Shown here piece after piece: positions 20,335-32,680 of a DNA stretch of 64,000 nt (positions within the stretch are counted from its first letter, which is position 1; each line of letters begins with the position of its first letter). A program made the translations under genes and the position numbers. Under the pieces are notes generated by a model. It was not told where the DNA came from, did not search any database, and saw only the letters and a program-made list of their open reading frames with translations. Source of the DNA: Lama guanicoe (Eukaryota); assembly GCA_013239625.1 (NCBI GenBank), contig MU057202.1, positions 3,547,101 to 3,611,100 on the forward strand, in the 5' to 3' direction.

Positions 20335-23300
20335 CTGTGGGTGCAACCCCGGTGCGGGGAGGGGAGAGAGAAAGCGCAGTAAGGCAGGCCCAGGGGCATG
20401 CAGCCCGCTGCCAGCCCCACCTGGCTCCCGGCTCCGGGGGCCCAGGTGGCTCCTGGGTCTGCCCACAGAGGGCGAGCTTGGGTCAGCCATTTCAGGAGGG
20501 CTGGAGGGTGCAGCTTCAAGAACTCTGGGGGTCGGAACAGGCCTGGGGGCCTCACTGTGGAGGTGGCACTGGGGCAGCTTGGGCCCCCCCTCCTGCAGAC
20601 CAGGGAGTTGGGCGGCAGTGGCTCCCACGCTGCCGCGGCCTCCCCTGGAGGGTGTGCGCAGACAGATGCAGCCTCCCGGCCCCTAGTTCTGATTCAGCAG
20701 GTCTGGGGTCGGCCCGACACCCTGCATTTCTGTTTCATCAGGGGTACCTACTCGGAGAAACCGTAGGCCCTGTGAGCCCCCAGATGCTAAAAGGCTCATC
20801 TGGGGGTCTTCCCAGGAGAGACTGGGAAGCAGACCCTTTGGGGGCGGCAGGAGTCTGTATTTTCAGCATCTCCTGGCCCAGGTGACTCCTGGGTCCAACA
20901 GACCAAACACACAGTCGATTTCTGTGTTGCCTAGGACGGCCTGACTGCCCAAAGTGTGGTCCGCAGACCAGCGGGTCCGGCCTCAGGTACTGCGTCAAGA
21001 TTCCCACCTGGTCTGAGGCTCTGCTAAGGGTTGGGCGTGTGGAGAGACCCTCTGTGGGAATGACAAGAGGAGACCACGGCTTGGCAGGGCCCTGAGTCCC
21101 TGGGCCCCCAAAACAGACCCCAGAGAGAAGGCCTCAGGGTGAATCCGATGGGCCACACGCGCCCTGAGGCTGCGGCTGCCCCGGATTCTTTGCAGGTGGA
21201 CGGGGTGAGCCCCGCTGTCCTAACTCAGGGTCAGCCAGCGCCCGGGGCCGCCACCAAGACCTGGCAGCAGTGGCTGGGCTCTTGGTGGGCGTTCCCGCCT
21301 GTGACAAGCAGCCACGCTGCCGCAGCCACTGCCCTGAACATGTCCTGCGAACCCCGATGGGGTCTCCCCAGGGGCAGGGGTGACGGGGCTGGGGCTCGGC
21401 ACCTGTCAGCCGTCACTAGGATTGGAGTTCCTGTCACTCTGTTTCGCCCCATCCTTCCCCCCAGGGGTCCCCTGTGATCTGTGCAGACGTGGAGACGTGC
21501 GTCGGGGGAAGCCAGCCTCTGTGGATGTAACAACTCAAACACACGGCGTTCCCGTTATCCATGCCCCAGACCCTGCAAACCTCTCCTCATCACCCCACCT
21601 CCTCCTTTACAGAGAGGAGACATCCGTCACCCAGCAGCTCTGGGCGGTGGCCCTGACAGCGCCCCCGCACGCCAGGGCCCCGAGGGTGCGAGTGGAGAAT
21701 CCCACTCCCCACTGCACCCCACGGAGGGGGAAGCAGCCGGTGATCAGGAGCCACCCGGCCGAGCAGCACCTGCTGTCCACTCAGCTGCAGCCGCTGGCCT
21801 CCCTCCGGCTGGGCGCCCTGCCCCCCCGCCCGCCTGTCAGGAGGCTGACGGCCGGGCACATATGCGCTGCAGCTGTGGGGCCCGTCAACACCATGCCCGG
21901 CGGCAGGGCCAGCGGCCAGTCCCCAGTGACAACCAAAGAAGGCAAACGTGGCCAGTACCGTGGGTCCCGGGCCACCCTCTGGGGCACAGCCCCGGCCAGG
22001 TCAGTCCTTCATCTGACCAGGCCGCCCTGGGGCAGGCCTGGGAGGCGCTCAGCATGCCAGGCTGGGACGCTGGGGACACGGGGCCTGTTCTGACTTCCCA
22101 AGAGCATCAGGGAAGGGACTAACCAGAAAAACAGATGGAGAGAAACCTGGCTGAGGGCAAGGAGGGAGCCCGCGAGGGCCGCCGCGCTGGCGCCCCTCAC
22201 AGTGCTCCTTTAATGAGGACGGCACCACCCAGGGAGGGGTGGGGAGCAGGCCCTGCGCAGAGTCTCCGCCCCCGCCACGCCCCGTGGAGGACGGAGGAGA
22301 CGCACGCGCAGGCACGCTAGGCGGACGGCAGACGGGCATCGCTCGTGTCACTCCTGTGCAACCTCGGGGGAGGGCGCTGCTGCCAGCCCCATTCCACAGG
22401 CACAGAGAGGTGCAGTAATCACCCAAGGGCGCACAGCAAGCTTGGGTGCATCCCCACAGGGCCTAGAGGGCCTGCAGGGCTTCAAGGCCTGGTTGTCATT
22501 CACTTGAACTCTCCCTGCAGAAGAGGCAACAGTTCTGGGATTCAAACCCAGGTGAATGGAGGCTGAGGGTGCGGGAAGCACCCTGCTGCTCTACCAGGCC
22601 CCACCCCTCGCCCTGGGTCCCGGGTCCCAGTGTTGCGCACAGTAGGACTGCAGATACACGAGCCCTCACGAGTCTTTCTGGAATCTTGTTTTCAGTCTGG
22701 CTCTGTTGCCTCCTGACTGTGTGACCTAGAGCAAGTCACCTCACCTCTCTGAGCTTTTACGACTGTGTAATAGGCGTCAGCAAGCACTCTGAGATTCGGG
22801 AAAGGTTTATGGAGCAATTCATGTCAGGACCCCACTCCTGAGGCCACCCTTGGCACAGACCCCACCCCAGAAAGCAGCAGTGACGGAAGCCCTTGGGAAA
22901 GAGCACAGCTGGTGTGGAGATGGTGAGGAACAGCACTGTGGTCAAGGAACAGAGAGTTCAAAGGCTGGAGGGAAATTGTGCAGGGCTTCTAGTTGTGCAG
23001 GGGAATCAAGGAGGTGGGCGGGCCAGGCTGGGAGGGCAGGCTCACTGTGCGGGCAGTAGGGAGCCACTGAAGGCTCTGCCCAGCAGCCAAGGACATCGTC
23101 CCACCTGCCTGACACCCTCCAGCAGCTTCCACTGCACCGGGGGCTTCATCAGCTCCTACCTGGCCCAGGCCCCTCCCCCTATACCCAGAGTGCCAGGCTC
23201 CGAGCCCGGGCACCCCGGACCCCTCCTCCTTCCGTCTCAGGGGTTCAGCTCCAACCTCACATCCTTGGGAAAGGGGCCCTGACATGGGGGTCTCTTGCCC

Positions 23301-26300
23301 CACTACTTAGCTCCCCTGGAACATGACCCGCCTGGGATGACCTCACTCCTCGGCCCACCTGACACGGGGTCTCTGGCTGCGCCGGCACCTCTGTGTGTCG
23401 GACACAAGAGCAGGACACGAGAATGAGGACCCACCAGCAGCCCTCCCGGAGGAGGGAGCTGAGAGTACTTCTCGAGGTCTCCCTGCTCAGGGGCTGGAGG
23501 TGCAAGACGGGGGCTCTGGCTGTTCCGGCTCTAGGATGGGGGCTGCTGGAGGCTGTGGATGCACCACAGCTGCCCTCCTCGGGGCCGGCCAAGCGAGGGC
23601 ACAGGCTCAGAGAGAGCTGGAGTCCCTCCCTCCTGGATGCGCGGCTGCCTCTGAGCCAGATCCCTCCTCTCTAAAGCAGGTACACCTGTCGCCCACCTCC
23701 CGGGGGACAGCCTGGGTCCAAGGAGAAGGTTCTTAATGGAAGCCCAGCCCCTGCACCCGCATGCCGTCCACGGTGGCAGCTGTTAATTATCATTATCAAA
23801 TCCTGCCCCCCCAGCCCCTGCCCCCTACGCCTCAACCCCCTACCCACCCCCGCTCCTCCAGGCTGTGCGTGTCGCCCTGCCGGCCTGCAAGGCCCGAGGG
23901 CAGACAGCTGAGAAGCTGCCAGACGGGCAGCCTTGCTCTAACTGGCCGTGGGCGTCCTCCCCAACCCCTCCCAAGGCCCTGCACCAGCCAAGGGCCGCTC
24001 CCACCGCGAGGCTCGGACCCCTGACAGCTCCTGCGTGACCCCAGTGCCTGGCTGGCAGCCAGCATAGGGCTGTCCAGGCAGGACCCTGTGCCCATCAGCC
24101 AGTGTGGGCAGGAGCTGGCTGGGGGTGGGGGCCTGGGGAGGGGCTGAGTGCTGGGAGCCAAGGCTGCTGAGGGTGTCAGCGTGGGTCAGCTCAGCTGGCC
24201 CGGCGTCCTGGTAAGGTCTAGACTCCACCCAGCCCCGCAAAGGAAGCTCTTCCCCTCCCCCCATTCTCACCCCCCACCAGCTCAGCATCCACTCCCAGGT
24301 GTCCTCCGTCCCGGGGTGCCGGGCCCTGCTCGTCCACACAGCACCGTGCTGGACCCCGTGCCCTCCCCGGAAAGTGCTTTTAGGCCCCCTGTGGTGTCAG
24401 GCTACCTGGGAGAGGCCCTGACCCCGTCCACTGGGCCCTGAGCTCGACCAGTCCCGTCGCACCCGCCCGGGGACTGTTTCCTCCACTCCTGATTCTCGGG
24501 TCACTTGGGGCCCTCAGCCCCACAAGGCCTTCCACCCGAAGTCGAGGTCCCCCTGCATAAGCCCCCCTTTAGGATTCGGCAGGACTATTGCGGGGCCCAG
24601 GCAGCTGGATGGGCATCTTAAGTTTTCAGTTAACTTTTTCTCGTGAGATTAACATAAGACAATACCAACTGTCCCCATGAGGGCGTAGCACGTGCCCCAC
24701 ACGGAGCAGCCCGCCCACCGCTCAGGACCCCGAGGACCGACTTTCACTAGGAGCTCCGTGTTCTTGCTTGAGGACTCCCTGCACCTGAGCAACAGCTCTA
24801 GGATGCAGGTCCTGCTCTTGCGCCCCTTTCGTAGACGACGATGCTGAGGCTCAGGGAGGGCGAGAGGCTTGCTCAGGGCCCAAGAGCCTGACGGGCAGCA
24901 GGGCCTGAGCCTGGGGCCTCTCCGTTGCTGCCTCAAGCCCCTGGGCCCTGAAAGCACCTGGGCGATTAGAAAGTTCTGAAGCCAACAGGGGACACTATGT
25001 GGACCGACCAGAACACGGAGGGGTGACTGCCTGGGATGTATGGTTGGGGCGGGGCCGCTGCTCTGAGTCAGTGGGTGACGCAGGCGAGCGAGAGGACTGT
25101 CTTCACAACTCCACCAGCTGATTCCAGATCTGGGAGCTCCCGGCAGGAAGAGACGGGGCCCCTCACAGCACCCCTGCGCCTCTCCCAGCCTCGCTGGCAG
25201 CAAGGGACCCTGACTGCCGTGGGCACCCTGGTCCTCCCCAGACAGCAAGTGCGGGGCCTGCCCTGGAGAAGTGAGGCTCCGACCTGGCACGAGTGGACGC
25301 GACGCGGAAGCTGGTGAGGCTCTCCTGGGCCTGCCGCCGACTGGAGTCCCCTCAGCTCTCCTGGAGCCCCGCACACTGCCACGGCCAGAACAGCGGTGCC
25401 CCTGCTGGTGGCAGGCAGGGGACAGCTCCGGGGTGCCGGGCCCCTCACCGTGGTCCTGGCTCAGAGGCAGGCAGATGGGAGGCCAGGGGCCCAGTGGGCA
25501 ACTCAAGACCCTCCCACAACCCTCGGAGGCAGATCCAGGCCGGACTTCCTTCCCAGCCGCTGTCGCAGCCCCGCCCACTGCCCCACACTCCCAGCCCTCC
25601 AGAACATTCCCAGACCCTGGCGCTCCCCAGGGCCCATGGGAGACCCTGCGTCTTTCCCAGACAGCGTATCCAGTTCCCAGCTAACTGTCACTAATCCATC
25701 GACAGAGGAAGCAGCTCTCCAGGGCCGGGTGGAGCCAGTGGGAAAGAACACGGAATGTGCTGGAACAAGCCACCCCATCCATCACTGTCCCTGTCCGCCT
25801 GTGTTCCCAGCCCGCCCTGGCTGGCTGAGAACTGGCCACAGCCCAGTGCTCCCAGCCCTGGGCTCTAGAACCCTCTGGTGGGAAGGGCCATCAGCACCAG
25901 CAAGCTCATGGCCCCATCTATCCCAACTGCCAAGGAACTAGCAGTCCCCGGCTGTGCTCTTCTGTGGTCTCATTTCTGCATCAGCTCATTCGACCCGCAC
26001 AAAGCGGCAGGAGTGGGAAGTGGGAAGGCGGGCCGGTACCGACAGGTAACCAAGCTCCAATGAGAGTCCTGACTGTGAGCCAGGCCTGGCCCTGAGCATG
26101 TCATCCGGGTCTTGGGTAAAAGCCTGGGAGGCAGGAAATCCAGGCACAGGGCCCCTGGCGCCATTCTCGCTAAGTGGTCTCGGGATGCGCCCCCGTGGAG
26201 CCCAGCCAGGCGCTGCTCCCAGGGCCTGGCTGTCCCGGGGCGGACACTGCGCCCTAGACCCTGTTCCTGTGCTGACCCACAGGCAGGCAGGGGTTCCTGA

Positions 26301-29300
26301 GGCCCACGGGAGGCTCGGTGGGGGGCCCTCACCCCGAGGAAAAGCCCCGTGCCTCAGTCCCTCCCTGGGGACAGGTGGGCCCTGGGCACACCGCCCCAGC
26401 CTCAGCCTCCAAGCCTGTCACCGGGGTAAGGAGAGGGCGCCGTGGGCCCTGTCTCTGAGTCCCAGCTCCTGCACTGGGCCTCCCTGCCAAGGTGGACCAT
26501 ATGCTGGATTTTCTCAGAGCCAGAGGGCAAACCAGCCCCCAAGACGTATTTCCTAAGGCCGGTACCACGTTACCAGGTGTCTCCTGTGCCCTCGGCCCAC
26601 ATCCTGAGCACGCCCACAGGGTCCCCTGCAACCCGCCCGCCTCTCTCTACCCTCACCTCCCACACTCTCCACCACATCTTCGCCCAAATGCAACTCTTTC
26701 TTAGGAAACTGAGTGCCCAGAACAGTGCCAGGCACATAGCAGGAGCTCTGCAGACATGTGTGGGACCATGGCCAAGAGGATGGGAGATCACGGTTCATTG
26801 GCAGCAGGGCGGTGACAGCTCCCCCACCCCACAAGCTCCCTTTCAGCGGAGGCGAGTCCTGACCCCATGCCGGTCAGCCCAGTGCAGTCGGCCAGGGACT
26901 GGAGGGGAACCTCCCTGGGCCAGGCGTCCTTGGGGAGGCCTGGGGCAGGGCAGCGGCTGGCTGGTGTGCCCCGAGCGAGGGTGCACAGTTGCCTGTCCCC
27001 CGGCGCCCCCACCCCACTCAGGCTAGACTCTTCTGGAGGAAGACGTCTGCCCACACAGGGGCTGATCTGCCTGAGGGAAGCAGCCCCTCCGTCCAGGCCC
27101 AGGCTGGTCACCCAGGGTCCTGAGCAGGTCCCGAGTCCACCTTTGTCCCACACCAGCGCTCCAGGAAGATGCTGCTATCACCCCACTTTACAGATGGGGA
27201 CACCGAGGCCCAGTCACGGTGAGGGAGGTGCCCCTAGGATCCAGAGTCCACTGTGGTGCCCCACTTCCTTTCCTTGCAGGTCCAAACTCCAGGTGTGGCA
27301 TTCGGGGCTCTGTGCAGTCTCACCCACGTCACCCATGCTGCCAGCACGGTCTCATCCCCATGTCCTCCAAGGCCCCGATGGCCCCGAGCACTGCCACCTT
27401 CCTGGACTTCTCCTCTGCGTGGCAAAGCCGTAGTCCAGCTGGGCATCACTGTCCACTGAGAAGATGAGGAAGTCCAGGGGTCGGAGGCCAGGGGAGCCAT
27501 CCAAGACCCCGGCTCTGCCGGCTGTGGGCTGCAGAGTCCTGACTCCCACGCCGCTGTGTCCCGGCCAGGATTTCCTGCTTTCCTTCCTCCCACCTCTTCC
27601 CCTCCCTTCCTCTGTGCTCAGACCTCCTATTACAACAGCTCTATGAACCCCAAAGCCCCCTTCTAATTACAAATAGCCCCAAGCCCCCCATAAGCCCGAC
27701 ACCAAACTCATGGAGGAGACAGACAGCCGGTGTGCTTGGGGGGAACCAGTCTGGGCGGTACACGGTGATGTCGCACTGCTTCAGGGCAGCCCTCGTGCGC
27801 AAGACTGGCCAGAAGACGAACGGTGTGTCTGACGTGGACGCTGTGGAGGCCCTCAGCGTGTTGGAGTATGCCAACGCAGCGCGGCTGAGCACAGGGCACC
27901 GCCCCCCGAGCAGTGACATCTCACGGAGGTGGGAGGAAGGCCCCTTGTCCACGGAGCAGCCCTCCTGAGCGCAGGGCGTCCACTGAGCGGTGGATGCTGT
28001 TCTGCTCACATGGTCAGGCAGGCTTCTGGCTCTGTCACCGTCAGGCGGGAACTTGGAAGCCGTAAGATGCAGGCAAGTCCTTCCATCGGAGGCCTTGGTG
28101 CCTGCAGGCCAGCCCAGCCCCATCACTGGCCCCAAGCAGCCTGTGGTGACAGATTCACCTCCTCTGAGGCCACTGACCATTGCGTACTGCCACCGTGTGT
28201 GGCCTGGGCAAGGTGGGCCAGGCCCGCACCAGTTCACAGAGGGGCGGGGAGCAGGGCAGACAGCTCTCACGCAGGGGCACCTAGCCTCCACAGCCCTGCT
28301 TAGTGCCCTCCCCTCCCTTTGAGTCTTCCCTCCTAGATCCTGCAGTCCAGTTAGAGCTCCCGGACTCCAGGGGATCTCGAGCAAGCTGGGCGATCTCCCC
28401 CACTGAGGGACAAGTTCCCGGGGCAGGAGAGGAGGGCATGAACTCTTCCAGAGCCTCCGGGTGGGTGTGTGTGGGACTGGGTGTGCACCCCAGGAAGCAG
28501 CTGCATCTCCGAAGGGCCAGTGACCCCCAATAAACAGGGCTTCCAGGTGGAGGGACCTGGGGGGGCTGCCGCCTTTCCAGGACAGGGTGGACCCCTGCCT
28601 CGCGATGGGCGGGTTTGACCAAGAGGCTGACCACTCCCCACCCCCCGCAGGCCAGTGTCAGGGGACAGCTTGTCTTTGATCCCCAGTGCTCCGCAATTGT
28701 CGGGGCGGGGGGCTAATGAGTCCCAGGCGCTGGAACTTGGGCCGCTTTCCACATCTGGTTTCACTCAAGGCCTCCGCCGCCCGATGAATCAGTGATCACA
28801 CAAAAACACCAGGACGAGTATTCTCCCTCCCTCGGCCTGGGCGGCCCTCCCGCCCCCGCGGCTGCTCCAGCCACAACCGACCGTTGAATCCCCCCACCCG
28901 GCCTTCCCTGGTCCTAGGGTGGCCTTTCCCGCTGCACAGGGAGCCCGGGCGGCCTGCGGGCAACAAGGGCAGGTCTCCATAGCAACACTGCGGGGCCGGG
29001 AGCCTGGAGACCTGGGTTCCCAGCCTGCCCTGGGACGGTTACCCGTGAACCAGGGAAGTCATCCTAGCACGACTGAGCCTCGGTTTACCCATCAGTGAAA
29101 TGGGCCTGTGACGCCTGCTTCCCAGGTGGGGTGGTCTTAGACGAGGACCATGAGCAGAAAGGCCGCAATGGCTCCTGCGTCGGGAAGGTTCTGGCTGGCC
29201 TTCCTCCACCCCCCAGTCCTGGTCTCTCGGCTGGAATGTCAATGGCTTTTCTACCCGGGGCCTCAGTTTTCTCACCTGTAAGATGGGATGAGAACAGAGC

Positions 29301-30454
29301 TGCCGAACAGAGTCAGGGGGAGAGATGCACGGATGAGACATGTGCTCTTCCAGCGGCTCCTTCTAAAGCCCCTCGTGTCTGTGCACAGGGGAGGCCCCAC
29401 TGAGGGCAGGGGGCACAGCTCTGGTTTTAAACGGGCTCCCTTCTGCTGAGAGCTGCTATGTGTGGGCGCTGAGACCCCCTCATCCTGACAAAGCCATGAG
29501 GTTACAGATGGGGACACTGAGGCACACAGGCGCGTGCCGGTCACACGGCCACCACTCGGCAGATCCCACGCGTGTGCAGGCCTCTGGCCGACGTCCCTGC
29601 TGGTCCCAGGCAGGCTTCCACACTGTGGATGCTTAGAGCCCACCTGGGGTGGGCAGGTCCCCTCTGTCCAGGGGGCAGTCCACAACAGAACGTCCCACTG
29701 CCCGGGGAAGACCCCTCGCAGCCACAGGGAGGGCGCGGCAGTGGCCGGGCTGCCCGCCATCAGCAGCAGCAACAGCTCATGAATCCGTTTCCTTGACGGG
29801 GAGACCCTCCTGCTACCGAGATGCTGTGAAACTGGGCCAGACACCCTCTGACCAGAGCGCTCCTCCCGCCCAGGGGCCCCTCCAGGAGGGGTCCGTCCTC
29901 CCCTTCTGATCTGAATCCGTGGCCCCCAGGCGGACACTCGTGTCTGGCCGTGGGCCCTGCTCCCCAGGCGTCTACGAGGCTGCCTGCTCACCACTCGTGC
30001 TGCACCAGCTGACTGTGCTGTCTTTGGCGCACTCATCGGCTCCCGCGATCACGTTGTGTTGGTCCTGTGTTCACTGCCCGTCTCCCTGATGCCACGGCCT
30101 CGTCTCTCTGTGCACTGCCCACCCTAGGCCAGCGCCCGACACCTGGCGTCAGCATGGTGCTCCACGACCCAGCAGTGCCAACTGACCCAGGAGAAACCGT
30201 GGGGCCCACCTGCACTTGTGCCACCTGGATCCCGCTCATTTGTGGTGGACGGGGGGGGCCTCGGTGTCTTGGCAGGAGGGAGCCTGGGTGGGGACCTGGT
30301 GGGGACCCACCCCCTGCCTGGGGCCCAGCAGCCAGCTCCCCTGGGTGGACATGAGGAGCACATGTGCTCCTGGGTGTGCCTGAGGACCAAGAGCTGTTTT
30401 GAGCCTGTCCCACAGCAATACAGCTCGGTTATGGCAGCTTCAGTCTGCTTTCCA

Positions 30455-30536
30455 GGGTGGGTGGCAGAGCAGGTGCTCAGCACGCAGGAGGTCGTGGGTT
30501 CAGTCCCAAGTACTGCCATGTAAAAAAAATTAAAAA
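30455..30536 (+). mobile_element. Diverged Vic-1-like (camelid tRNA-derived) SINE
   Basis: gtggcagagcaggtgctcagcacgcaggaggtcgtgggttcagtcccaagtactgcca plus an A-rich tail; similar to the copy at 52017. Degenerate flanking duplication agtctgctttcca / agactgccttcca. Confidence 0.7.
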
Positions 30537-30599
30537 GACTGCCTTCCACCTGGGAGGCGGACACATCACAAAACACCCTCAACTCTGCTGCCTCCCAGA

Positions 30600-31013
30600 C
30601 TCACAGCCCTGCAAGGTGACCGGAGCTCTTCCCACCCAGAGACGGAGTCAGTTTCCCAGCTCCTGGATGCAGGCTGGCCTTGAGACTTGCTCTGGCCAAG
30701 AGGATGCCGTGGAAGTCGCGTCAGCCTACTCTGCCCCTGGACACAAGAGGCGGTCAGCTCCACTTGCTCTCCTGCTGGGCCAGCGGCTGGAGGGTGAGAC
30801 TCATGGGGCAGTTACCCAGGCGTCCCAGCCGAGGCTCCAGTGGGGGGCCGGCTACACTCAGCAGAGCGGCCGACCATGGACCCAAAAGCAACTCCAGCTA
30901 GGACCAGAACCACCCAGAGGACCCACCTGAAGACCTGTGAGCCAAACAAAGGTGGCTGTTTAAAGTCATGAAGGTTTGGGTCGCCTGTTACATGGCAGTC
31001 ACGGATGGATACA
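30600..31013 (+). mobile_element. MLT1-type (ERVL-MaLR) LTR remnant
   Basis: ggctggccttgagacttgctctggccaa...ctgtgagcc...tgtttaaagtcatgaaggtttggg...tgttacatggcag...gataca has the MLT1 layout and 3' end. Confidence 0.7.
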
Positions 31014-31339
31014 CTTTGGTACTTAGATGCACAACATTTCGGAGCTGGAAGGGCCCTCAGAGACCCACCGATCAGATCTTACAGGTGACTGGTTGCACTG
31101 AATCAGGGCTCCTGCCTCTCCGCCCCCGTTCCTCCTGGGGAGTGTCTGGGCTCGGATGGGAAGTGCGCCTGAGGGGCCGTGACTGAGGACGTCATCGGGC
31201 AGACCAGGACCTGGGAGGAAGTTCACCACCGCACTGCCTGTAAGGGGGACCAGCCCACCGAGGGCAAAGCAAATGCATTCTCCAGCCAGTGCGACCCGAT
31301 AAGCCTGAAATCATGCCGTGGGCACACTCTTCTTGGAGA

Positions 31340-31763
31340 CCGCTTTTCAGCCCGCCAGCCCAAGGCACCCACACCCACAGCGCAGAAGTGCCGACACGTG
31401 TGCCTCAGCAGCAAGGGGCACACGTCCTCGCCAGCCACCGTCAAGAGGGCGAGGGGCACACGAGCTGCGGCAGAGCCACTCGCTGGCACACTCCACAGCA
31501 AGGAAAAGGGACACACACCACCCCAGGCACCCGGATGTCACACACACAGGGCCGAGGGACGACGCCAGACCCCAAGGGGGACGTGCCACGTGACTCCACC
31601 TACATGAAGCTCAGAGCCTGGCATGAAGGCCAGGGTCCCCCGGCAGGCAGCGACCGGGCTGGGCATGGGGCCTGGGGCAGGGCAGGTAACGCGGTCTGTT
31701 AGCCGCACGCTCCGTGAATGTTCACGCCATGCACCATTCTGTGTGCGCGTGGTACTTCGAATA
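31340..31763 (+). mobile_element. Old L1M (L1ME-like) 3' remnant, GC-shifted
   Basis: gccagacccc...gtgactccacctacatgaagctcagagcctggca and tctgtgtgcgcgtggtacttcgaata follow recalled L1M 3' motifs. Confidence 0.55.
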
Positions 31764-32556
31764 CCGGATTACTAGCAAGAATGGTGCCCCAAAAGACTAT
31801 CTAATGATAAGGAAACTCAAAACGGGTGGAAACACATGTAAGTCTACCTTGCAAATAAACATACGTGCAGAGGAATGAGAAACAAACCTGACCTCGGTTC
31901 CTGGGTAGAAAGCAGGTCAGAGCCATTTCATCCTTGCATGTTTTCAAGAAGAATCTAGGGTCTTGGTTGGGCCCAGGAGCCCAGAGCTCCAGCCAAAGGC
32001 AGATCCCCGAACAAGAGGAGGGGCAAGGCTTCCTTCTCAGGAGGGTCTAGGAGCCCCGTCCTCTGCTGTGTCCTCCCACTGAGCGGACTTACAAGGCGGG
32101 GAGGGTGGAGAGCTCACAGCGGCTGGAATGGAAACCTCCATGAAACCTCCTTGCTCTCTGACAGCCCCAAACGTGATCCAGATGTCCTGCCTGCTCACCC
32201 TGCGGCTGGCGCACAGAGGAAGCACATTCCTCTCCCAGCTGCTGGAGCTGCGCCGCCAAGAGCAGCTCCCTGAGGGCTGTGGGGGAGGCGCCCCGCCATC
32301 TGGGCCGCCCCGCCGTGTGGGGGGGGTGCAGGCTGGGGGAGGGGCACCCTCCTCTCCTAGCACCAGTCCTGGCACCCTGAGAGCACTCTCCCAGCCCCCC
32401 GTGCACTCCTGCCACCAAGGGGAAGTGGCTCAGCTGCGGGCTGGCACACCCAGAGAATGTGAGTGGGCTGTGACGATAAATATGGTAGGGCCTGGGCAGG
32501 CATGAGGTGGTGTGGGTACGTAGACAGAAAGAGATGAGGGGGTGAGTGGGAGGTCC

Positions 32557-32680
32557 ATGGATGGATGGGTGGATGGATGGGGGATGGACGGATGGATGGA
32601 TGGTGGGTGGATGGATGGGGGATGGGTGGACGCATGGTGGGTGGATGGATGGTGAGTGGGTGGATGGGTGGGTGGATGAG
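32557..32680. repeat. Degenerate (GGAT/GGGT)n simple repeat
   Basis: atggatggatgggtggatggatgggggatggacggatgg... over about 120 bp. Confidence 0.9.

Noticed and set aside
19815-20885. 356-aa plus-strand ORF antisense to exon 2
   Set aside because: Starts in a MIR, has no domain, and is expected by chance at this GC content.
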